Shown here piece after piece: positions 1 to 9,500 of a stretch of DNA of 43,850 bases. The notes under the pieces are model-generated. The model was not told the DNA's origin and made no database searches. It saw only the letters and a list, made by a program, of their open reading frames with translations. A program made the translations under genes and the position numbers. Within the stretch, counting starts at the first letter, position 1, and each line of letters opens with the position of its first letter. Origin of the DNA: a virus (lineage: Duplodnaviria > Caudoviricetes). The stretch covers positions 1-43,850 of the IMG/VR virus record IMGVR_UViG_3300044852_000033. One strand, written 5' to 3'.

Positions 1-127
1 GGGCTGGCACCGCCACGACACCGACGGCTCCTTCGAGTCGGTCTGCACGATCTCGGAAGGATCCGAGGACGCGCTGTATGCGGTCGTGCGGCGCGAAGTG
101 GCCGGGCAGACTGTGCGCTATGTCGAG
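1..127. repeat. Terminal direct repeat, left copy (circularity/assembly overlap)
   Basis: Bases 1-127 are identical to 43724-43850 and fall in the middle of a gene. Confidence 0.97.
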
Positions 128-922
128 CGACTGCATACCCGCCAGTTCAGCGACGTGGCCGACGCCTTTTTCGTCGATTCGGGCCTGACCTACGACGGGC
201 GCAACCAGGCCGGCACGCTGACGCTGACCGATGGCGACACCTGGGACCAGAACGCCACGGCCACGGCCACCATCAGCGGCGGCGCGGCCTTGTCGACTGC
301 AAACGTGGGCGACGCCTTCTTCCTGCGCGATGGCGATAACGTCGTGCGCCTGACGATCGAAGCGGTCAGCAACGCCGCGACGGCGACCGTGCGCCCGAAT
401 CGCAGCGTCCCGGCCCAGCTGCGCTATGTCAATGCGCAATGGGATCTCGCGATCCGCGACGTCGGCGGCCTGGCCCACCTGGAAGGCAAAACGGTCTCGA
501 TCCTCGCCGATGGCGACGTCCACCCGCAGCGCGTCGTCGCCGCCGGCGTCGTGTCGCTGCAAGCGCCGGCGGCGGTCATCCATGCCGGCCTGCCGATCGA
601 GGCCGACCTGGAAACGCTCGACCTGTCCGTGCCAAGCCAGGGCGACACGATCCGCGACAAGAAAAAGATCGTCAGCGCGGTGCGCCTGCTGGTGCAGGAC
701 ACCCGCGGCCTGCTGGTGGGCACGAGCCCGACTTCGCTCTACGAGATCAGGGAGCGCGAATTCGAGAACTACGACGACCCGATCCACCCGGCCACCGGGC
801 TGGTCGAGGCGCGCGTGTCCGACACCTGGAACAAGTCGGGGCGTGTGTTCATGCGCCAGAGCGATCCGCTGCCGGCGACGGTGCTGGCGGTCATTCCCGA
901 GGTATCGGCGGGAGGCGCGTGA
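1..922 (+). CDS. Tail tubular protein B (nozzle), C-terminal part; continues from 42138 across the junction (~835 aa total)
   Basis: Frame from base 2 reads GWHRHDTDG...RYVERL...FFVDSGLTY...GLAHLEGKTVSILADG...QSDPLPATVLAV, typical of nozzle proteins; in frame with the ORF from 42138. Confidence 0.9.
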   Translation, partial: GWHRHDTDGSFESVCTISEGSEDALYAVVRREVAGQTVRYVERLHTRQFSDVADAFFVDSGLTYDGRNQAGTLTLTDGDTWDQNATATATISGGAALSTANVGDAFFLRDGDNVVRLTIEAVSNAATATVRPNRSVPAQLRYVNAQWDLAIRDVGGLAHLEGKTVSILADGDVHPQRVVAAGVVSLQAPAAVIHAGLPIEADLETLDLSVPSQGDTIRDKKKIVSAVRLLVQDTRGLLVGTSPTSLYEIREREFENYDDPIHPATGLVEARVSDTWNKSGRVFMRQSDPLPATVLAVIPEVSAGGA

Positions 923-1401
923 CGACATACGCGATCGTTCCGGCCACGCCCGCGCATGTGGAGGCGATGATCCCGAACGCGCGCCAGGCCGACATCGACG
1001 AGGTGCGCGCGTCCTCCGGGCTGGAATTCGGCGCCGCGCTACGCAAGTCCTTCGTCTGGTCGACCTCGTGCTGGGCCGGCCTGGTCGACGAGGGCGACGG
1101 GCCGCAAGTGGCCTGCATCTTCGGCGTCGCGCCGATCAACCTGCTCGCGCGCAAGGGCTCGCCCTGGATGCTGGGCACGCCGCTGATCGAACGGCACGCC
1201 TTGCCCTTCCTTCGTCGCAACCGATGGGGCATTTCCACCATGCTGGCAATGTATAATCATCTGGAAAATTATGTTGATGTGCGCAACACGGCGGCGATCG
1301 CCTGGCTGCGCTGGCTGGGGTTCCGGTTCGACGATCCGGCGCCGCACGGTGTCGAGGGACGCGCCTTTATGCGCTTTGAAATGAGGGTATCCAATGTGTG
1401 A
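919..1401 (+). CDS. GNAT-fold, T7 gp13-like virion assembly protein
   Basis: GTG start overlaps the upstream stop, with a GGAGG RBS; RQADIDEV...PWMLGT...LENYVDVRN...AIAWLRWLGF; lies after the nozzle gene. Confidence 0.75.
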   Translation: MTTYAIVPATPAHVEAMIPNARQADIDEVRASSGLEFGAALRKSFVWSTSCWAGLVDEGDGPQVACIFGVAPINLLARKGSPWMLGTPLIERHALPFLRRNRWGISTMLAMYNHLENYVDVRNTAAIAWLRWLGFRFDDPAPHGVEGRAFMRFEMRVSNV

Positions 1402-1915
1402 GCCGATTACGGCCGCGAATGCGGTCTACTACGTGATGGCGGCGGCGGCGTCCGTGTCTGCCGCGAGCGCCTATTCGCAGGGCCAGCAGCAGAAAAAGCT
1501 CGGCGAATACAACGCCAAGGTCGACGAGAACAACGCCAAGACGGCAGCATCGGCGGCGGAAGAAGCGGCCAAGCGCGGCCAGATCGCCGAGGACCAGCAC
1601 CGCGACCGCGTGCGCCAGTTCGCCGGCTCGCAAAAGGCGGCGATGGCAGCCGCCGGCGGCGACCTGACCGATCAGTCCTCGATGAACATTCTGGCAGACA
1701 CGGCGCGCGCCGGCGAATTCGACGCGCTCACGATCCGCAGCAACGCCGCCCGTGAAGCCTGGGGGCTGGGTAACCAGGCCGACAATTTTACCGCGCAGGC
1801 GGCGGGTACCCGATTCCAGGGCAGTAACGCGGCCAGCGCCGGCAACTGGGGCGCGGCCACCAGCCTGCTTAACGGCGCGTCGGGCGCCTATTCCAAGATG
1901 AAAGTGGGCACCTGA
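1394..1915 (+). CDS. Small internal virion (ejection) protein, gp14-like
   Basis: MCEP start, Ala/Gly/Gln-rich helical sequence, first gene of the ejection trio. Confidence 0.75.
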   Translation: MCEPITAANAVYYVMAAAASVSAASAYSQGQQQKKLGEYNAKVDENNAKTAASAAEEAAKRGQIAEDQHRDRVRQFAGSQKAAMAAAGGDLTDQSSMNILADTARAGEFDALTIRSNAAREAWGLGNQADNFTAQAAGTRFQGSNAASAGNWGAATSLLNGASGAYSKMKVGT

Positions 1916-3576
1916 TGCCGCGCGTTCCCCAATACCAGGAAGGGCAGGTTGCCGCCCGCGCCGCGCCGCAGGTCCAGCAGCAGCATATTTCGACGAATGC
2001 GCCGAACATGGCCGAAGGCTTCGGCAATGGCCTGAACCGGCTGGCGCAGGTGGTCGACCAACAGCAGCAGCACGCCGACGAACTCCGAGTCGAGGACACG
2101 TTCAACCAGCTGCGCGAGCAGCAGCTCGATTTGCAGCTCGGCCAGCAAAACGGCTACGTCAACATCAAGGGCAAGAACGCGCTGCCGGTCGAGGGGGAAA
2201 GCCTGGCGGCGCGCTACGAATCGCAGTTCAAGGGCAGCGCCGACAAGCTGGCCGAAACGCTGGCGAACCCGCGCCAGAAGGAACTGTTCAAGAAGTACGC
2301 CGACCGCGCCGGGCTCGAATTCAAGTCGGGCCTGATGCGCCACGAAAACGCGGAAATCGAGGGCTGGCGCAAGCAGGTCGTCGAAGGCGCCATTGCCGTC
2401 GAGTCCGATAACGCGGCCAAGAATTTCAACAACCCGGAAGCGATTCAACTGTCGCGCGCGCGCATCGACATCAACCTCGGGCGCATGCGTGACAGCGAAG
2501 GCGTGCCAGCCAACCAGTTCGACGCGATCCGCATGAAAGCACTGTCGAAATTCCATGGTGGCGTGATTCAGGCGGCGGTCGATGGCGGCGACGTCGGGCG
2601 TGCCAAGGCATATTTCGACCAGTACAAGGACGAGATCAGCGTCGACGTCCAGACCGGCGCGAAGAAGCTGCTCGACACGGGCGAGTTCGAAGCGCGCACG
2701 CAGACGGCAGCGGACGCTCTGTTCGCCGAGCACAAGGGCGATGCGGCGGCGGCGCTGGCGGCGGCGCGTGAAAAGCATACCGGCAAGGACGAGGACGCGA
2801 TCGTGACGCGCATCAAGACGCTCGACAGCGAGAGGGTGGCGCTGCGCGAGCGCGCGCAGAAGGACGTCGCCGACCAGGCGTGGAAGCTGTACGCCTCGGG
2901 CGGCATGGGCAAGATCCCGCCTTCGCTGCTGGCGCAGATGGACGGGCGCGAACTGACGCAACTGCGCTCGACCGCCAGGCAGGAGGCCGAGAACGCCGCG
3001 CGCCGCGCCAAGGGCGAAAAGGTCGACACCGACTGGGAGGCGTATTACACGCTGCGCGCCGATCCTGCCGTGCTGAAAGAGGCGAACCTGATCGCCTTGA
3101 AGCCGAAGCTAGGCGAGACCGAATTCAAGGAACTGGTGCGCGCGCAGGAGGATCTGCGCACCGGCAAGCCGGGCGTCGAACACAATATTCGCACCACGTC
3201 GGCCGTCGTCGAGGAAATGCTGGGCGGCTCGGGCATCACAAAAAAGAAAGACCCGAAAGAATACGGCGCCTTCTATGCACAACTGGAGGCGAGCAAGCGA
3301 TCGATGGAAGCGGCCACCGGCAAGCCACTCACACAGGACGAGGTACGCAAGGAGGCCGCGCGCCTCTTGACGAAGGTGCGCCTGCCGGGCGCGCTGTGGG
3401 GCACGAACGAAAAACCGCTGTTCGAAGTGCCTGCCGACAAGCTCGGTTCGGTCGTGGTGCCGAAGGAAGAGCGCGCGCAGATCGAAGCGGCGCTGTCGAA
3501 GCGCAAGATCCCGGTCACCGATCAAACCGTGCAATCCCTCTACCTGCAAAGCCTGAAAGCGACGAATGGCCGATAA
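1915..3576 (+). CDS. Internal virion (ejection) protein, gp15-like
   Basis: 553 aa, MPRVPQY start, helical composition, gene order. Confidence 0.7.
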   Translation: MPRVPQYQEGQVAARAAPQVQQQHISTNAPNMAEGFGNGLNRLAQVVDQQQQHADELRVEDTFNQLREQQLDLQLGQQNGYVNIKGKNALPVEGESLAARYESQFKGSADKLAETLANPRQKELFKKYADRAGLEFKSGLMRHENAEIEGWRKQVVEGAIAVESDNAAKNFNNPEAIQLSRARIDINLGRMRDSEGVPANQFDAIRMKALSKFHGGVIQAAVDGGDVGRAKAYFDQYKDEISVDVQTGAKKLLDTGEFEARTQTAADALFAEHKGDAAAALAAAREKHTGKDEDAIVTRIKTLDSERVALRERAQKDVADQAWKLYASGGMGKIPPSLLAQMDGRELTQLRSTARQEAENAARRAKGEKVDTDWEAYYTLRADPAVLKEANLIALKPKLGETEFKELVRAQEDLRTGKPGVEHNIRTTSAVVEEMLGGSGITKKKDPKEYGAFYAQLEASKRSMEAATGKPLTQDEVRKEAARLLTKVRLPGALWGTNEKPLFEVPADKLGSVVVPKEERAQIEAALSKRKIPVTDQTVQSLYLQSLKATNGR

Positions 3577-6500
3577 CAAATACGATTCCCTGCTCGACGG
3601 TGCGAACGGCTCCTATGGCGACCTGATCGACCAGCAGCGCAAGCAATCGCTGCAACACTCGATGAACGTGGCATCCGGCCGCTCGCCCGATGTCGAGGCG
3701 AAGCTGGCCAAGCTCGCCAAGCAGACCGGCATTCCGGTCGAGGCGATCCGCCTGAACCAGCTTGACGTCGAGCATGCAGCGCGCGTCGGCGCCATCCCCT
3801 ACGATGACCTGCTGAAAGACAAGCCGGCCACGTCAAGCTTCCTGTCGCAGCCGGACAATGCCGGCCTGGCGCACGATGACATCGACGCCCTGTCGAAAAT
3901 GGAATCGACGATCGGCGCCATCCGCGGGCAATCGCCGAGCCTGTCGTCCTATGTCTCGGGCGTGGCAAACTCGTTTGTGCAGGGCGCCAAGCGCGCGCGC
4001 GAAGGCGTGCGCATGCAGGCAGCCGACGCCTATGATGCGCTCGGCCTGTTCTCGCCGCAGGCCAACGAGCGCATGCGTTCGGACGCGCGGTCGAACATTT
4101 CCCGCGCCAACCTGGAAGATGCGAACGCCACCCCGGCGTTTGAGTCGTCAACGGCGCGCGGCATCTATGGCGGCGTGTCGAGTGCTGCCCGCATGCTGCC
4201 CGGCCTGGCGGCGTCGGTCCTGACCCGTTCGCCTGCACCTGTGCTCGCTTCGGCTGGTATCCAGTCCGAGACCGAAGCCTATGGCAAATACCGCGCGCGC
4301 GGCGCGTCCGCCGGCCAGGCGCTGCTCGGCGCCAGCGGTGAAGCGGCGGTCGAGGTCGGAACCGAAATGATCCCGATGGGCTATCTGGTGAACACGTTCG
4401 GCAAGGTCGGCGCCGGGAAATTCCTGACCGGATTGCTGGCGCGCGAAGTGCCAAGCGAGCAGGTTGCCACGCTGGCGCAGGACGCGCTCGACACGGCGAT
4501 CGCCAACCCGGACAAGACCTGGGGCGAGTATGTCGCCGAGCGCCCGGACGCGGCTTACCAGACCCTGCTCGCGACCGTCACGCAAAGCGCGATCTTCGGC
4601 GGCGCGCACGTGACCGCGCACAAGATCGGGCACAAGATGGAGCAGGTACAGCAGGCGCAGCAGAACGCGGATCTGATGACGGCGCTGGGCCAGGCGGCAA
4701 CGGACAGTAAACTGCTGGCACGCCTGCCGGAAAAGATGCGCGAATTCATCGCCAAGGCCAAGGAGGGCGGGCCGGTGGCCGACGTGCTGATCCCGGCCGA
4801 GGCGTTCAGCACCTATTTCCAGACCGCCGGCATCGATCCGGCGCTGGCGGCGCAGGAAGCGGGCGTCAAGAACTACGCCGAGGCGATGGCAACGGGGTCC
4901 GATTTATCGATCCCGCTCGAAGACTACATCACGAGCATCGCGCGCACCGAACACCACAATGCGCTGGTGCAGGACATGCGGTTCCATCCGGGCGAGATGA
5001 CGCTGCGCGAAGCGGCCAACTTCGAGCAGAACCGCGACGAGATCATCCAGTCCTTCATGGATTCGACCGGCGAAGCCGAGCAGGACGGCGGCTACAACGC
5101 CATCCATGAGGCGATGATGGGGCAACTGGTCGGGCGTTTTGATCGCGGCACGGCTGAGAGTTACGCCACCCTGTACGCGAAGGGCATCACGACGCTGGCC
5201 GAGCGCGCCGGCATGGACCCGCTGGCGCTGCACGAGAAGTATGGCCTGTCGGTGAATTCGCCGCTGCCTGACGTCTTGACGAACGCCGGGACCGCCGACA
5301 TCGGCATCGATCCCTTGCTGGAGCGCCTGCGCGCGGGCGACGTGCCGACCGATGAGCAAATCTTCGGCGAAAGGCTCACCGAGTTCGTGCGCAAGAACGG
5401 CGGCCTGACCGACGAAGGCGGCGACCTGCGCGCGATGGACGCCGACAAGGGCAACCGCCCGTTCCAGAAGAACCTGATCCAGTTGACCGGCATGCACCCG
5501 GACCGCATGCGCCAGATCGCCGCCGAAGAAGGTTTCCTCTCCGACGACACCACGACCGCCGATTTCCTCGACCTGCTCGACCAGGATCTGAACGGCGGCG
5601 GCGCCTACCGCCAGCACGGCGCGAATGCCGAACTGCTCGGCCTGCGCGAACTGCTGGGCCACATCGACGACTTCCTGCGCAACAGCGGCCTCGACCTGAG
5701 CAGCATGACCAACGAGCAGGTGCGCGCGGCAATGGAGCAGGCCAGCGCGCAGCCAGCTGGCGAGGCGACGCAATACGACCAGGGCACCGAAGGCCGCGCC
5801 GCCGAGCGCCGCACCCGCACCATCGAGGTCGACGGCGTGCGCCGCCCGATCACGAACAGCCGCGGGCAGCTGATCGCGCCGGATTTCGCCGGACAGATGA
5901 ATTTCTGGAAGTGGTTCGGCAACTCGCAATGGGTTGACGAGGCGGGCCAGCCGCTGGTACTGCACCACGGCAGCGCGAACGAATTCACCGAATTCGACAT
6001 CAAGAAGGTCGGCACCGGCAAGGCCAGCGGCAACGATGGCTACTACGGCATGGGCTTCTATGCCACGCCGGAGCAGTGGCGCGCGGGCGAGTACGGCCCG
6101 AATGTGCAGGATCTGTACCTGCGCAGCGAAACCCCGTTCGTGATGAATGGCGGCGACCCGGTGCAGGCGGCGCGCGAACTGCTGAAACTCGACGGCTTCA
6201 CCGACGACCAGCGCGCCCTGCTTGAAGAACACGCCAGCGGCGCGCTGGAAGATGAGGTCATGCTGACGATCGACATGCTGTCGCAGGTATTCGATCCGGC
6301 CAAATGGGCCGCCGGCGAGCGCGCCGACTACGGGGCCAAGCTGACGGCGATCCTGCGCGCGGGCGGGTTCGATGGCGTGATGGTGGCCGAAGCGGACGCC
6401 GAGGGGCTGGACGAGTACATGGTATTCGATCCTGAGCAGGTGAAATCCGCAGTCGGTAATTCCGGCAAGTTTGACCCGGCTAGTCCGAATATCCTGTTCC

Positions 6501-9500
6501 AGAGCGAAGCCGACGTCCGCGACCTGATCGTTACCCACAACCTCACGGCATCGAACCTGTTGCACGCCAACAAGATGGGCGGCATCGCGGTCCCGTCGCT
6601 GGCGATCACGAAGAACGACACGCCGCTCGGCAGCTTCGGCGAGATCACGCTGATGGGCTCGCGCGACATGGCCGACCCGAAGGGCTACGCAAAAACGCAG
6701 GTGTTCGGCGCCGATATCTACTCGCCCCGCTACCCTAGCGTCGAGCACGAGATCGACGGCAAGGCCAAACGCGCGTTCGACAAGAAGTTCTCCGCGATGG
6801 CCGAGCGCCTGGGCGTGTCGATGCCTGACACCGATGACATCGAACGCAAGGCACAGGAAACGATCGAGCGCAGCCTGCCGGTGATGGCGCAGTTCGTCGC
6901 CGATCAGGGCATGGAGCCGACGATCGTGGCGCGCGCCGGCAGCATGGACGCGGCGCGCCTCGCACGTCTTGAGAAGTTCGGGCTCGGTCCGTACATGGAC
7001 AAGACCAGCGTATTCGACCTGACTAATGACCCGGCCTTCGTGAAAGCAGCGGCGGCCGAAATGATCGACGCATACCGCAATTCAGGCGAGCGCGGCGAGG
7101 TGCGCGCGGCGCGACTGGAGAAGGACGAGGAAGCGCAATACAACATGGCGCGCGACCTGGCCTACAAGATCACGGCCGACGCCAAACAACGCCAGCGCCC
7201 GGAAGCGGACAAGTACGCCACCCAATCGGCGCTTGAAAAGCAGATCGCCGGCGCCGGCCTGGCGAGCAAATACCAGGCTTACGTCGCCGATGAACTAGCG
7301 GCGATGTCGCAGGGCGAGCGGATCTTCAAGGGATTCAGCAACAGCGGAAAACGTCAGTACACCCCGCACACGCTGGAAAACGTCGTCAAGATTCTGAAAA
7401 AGGAACTGCGCGGCGGCGAGAATTTCAACTACGGCGTCGGCTCCCTGCGTGCTAAGTTCACCCCGCAATTCAAGACCGTCGCGCAGATCAAGAAGGAAAA
7501 AGGCCGACTCGTCAGCGCCGAGCAATTCGAGCAGGTGCGCAAGGAGATCGATGACGAATTCATCGCAGTAGGCAATGCGATGAAGGACGGCATTAACATG
7601 GATACGACGGTGGCGATCCTGGAAGATGCGCCGACGATGGGCCTGGAGCGCGCCGCGGCGCAGTATCAGATCGAACTGTCGGACGAAGCCAAGCAGAAAG
7701 CGGCCGAGTTCCTGACGCGCCTGCACCATCTGCCGACCGAATATTTCGAGGCCAAGATCCTGCGCGACGTGAGCATTGCGGAATTCTCCGGCGCGATCGT
7801 GCCAGAGGGTTCGTCGCCGGAAGTGCTCAAGGTGCTGGCCGACAATGGCGTGACCGATATTCGCTTCTACAAAGAGGGCGACGACGCCAGCCGGGCCGAG
7901 CAGGTGCAGCAGTTCGAACGCCTGTTCTTCCAGAAGGCCGAGGACGAAAAACGCGGCTTCATCCAGTTCGGCGCCGACCGCAAGTTCTCGATCACGCTGC
8001 TGGAAAAAGCAGATTTAAGTACCGTCGTCCATGAATTTGGGCATTTCTGGCTGGAAGTGCTGGGCGACCTGGCGAGCGAAGGCGGGCAAGTGCGCGAAGC
8101 GGCGCCGGCGGCGGCGGGCATGGTACGTATGTACCACGGCGGCGAACCGCGGGCCGACCATACCGGGCCGCTGTGGTTCAGCCGTGACCGCAAATATGCA
8201 GAGGGCTACGCGAACAAACAGGGCAGCGGCAAAGTCTGGTATGTGGACGTGCCGGAGGCGCACCCGCTTGTCGCGCCAGATACTGAATTCGGCACCACGC
8301 CGCTGACCAACATCGAGTTGCCTGCCGAGCTTGCCAGCCAGCGCCAGCCGCTCATGCAGCCAGCGGGCGACGGGCAGATCGCGGAAGACTATCAAACCCT
8401 GCTGGCCTGGTTCAAGGTCGAGAACCGCGACGGCATCGCGGTCGAGCATCACGAACAGTTTGCGCGCGGCTTCGAGGCGTACCTGATGGAAGGCAAGGCC
8501 CCAAGCGCTGAACTGCGCGGCGTGTTCCAGCGCTTCAAGGCATGGATGACGCTGATCTACAAGAAGCTTTCCGGCCTGAACGTCAAACTGAACGACGACG
8601 TGCGCGCCGTGTTCGACCGCATCCTGGCCTCCGAGGACGAGATCAAGAACGCTGCCGCCGAGATGGGGCAGGTGCAGATTTTCGCCACCGCGGCCGATGC
8701 CGGCATGACGGAATCGGAATTTGCCGCCTACAGCAAGACCGTTCAGGCGGCATCGACCGCCGCGCGGGAGACGCTCGAGCAGAAGCTGATGCGCGAATAC
8801 AGCCGCGCACAAAAAGCCTGGTACAAGGACGAGCGCGCGAAGGTCAAGGCCGAAGTCGATGCCGAGGTGTCGGCGCTGCCGGTCTACCTGGCCTTCGAGG
8901 TGCTAACAGGCGGCAAGGCGCCGGACGGTTCCACGATCAAGCTGAACAAAGCCGACCTGGTGGAGCGCTACGGCGCCGAATACCTCAAGAAGCTGCCGCG
9001 CAGCAGCCAGCGCGTGTATGCGGTCGAGGGTGGCTATGCGGTCGACCTGGCGGCCGAAGTGCTGGGGTTTGACTCGGCCGACAGCCTGGTCGAGTCACTG
9101 GTCAACATGCGCCCGAAGAAAGCCTTGATCGAGGCGGAAACCGATGCGCGCATGATCGAGAAGCACGGCGACATGCGTTTCGACGGGACGATCGCCGACG
9201 AGGCGCTGGGCGCGGTGCACAATGAAGAACGCGCGACCGTGCTGGCGGCCGAGCTGCGCGCGCTGCGCCGCAAAGCGCGCGAGGTGCGCCAAGTCACGAA
9301 CGCGCTGGACCGGGAAGATGCGCGCCAGCGCAATGCGATGATGGACAGCGTGCCGCCACTGGCCGCCATCCGGTCGATCGCCGCCGGCCAGATCGGGCAA
9401 AAGCAGGTGCGGGATCTGACGCCCGCGCTGTACCTGACGGCCGAAAAGAAAGCCGCGCGCCAGGCGTTCGAGCTTGCCGCAAAGGGCCAGTACCAGGAGG

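Noticed and set aside
4904-6748. Long antisense ORFs (also 11896-13656, 37336-38766, 42132-43739)
   Set aside because: These are shadow frames expected opposite high-GC3 genes, with no recognisable motifs.
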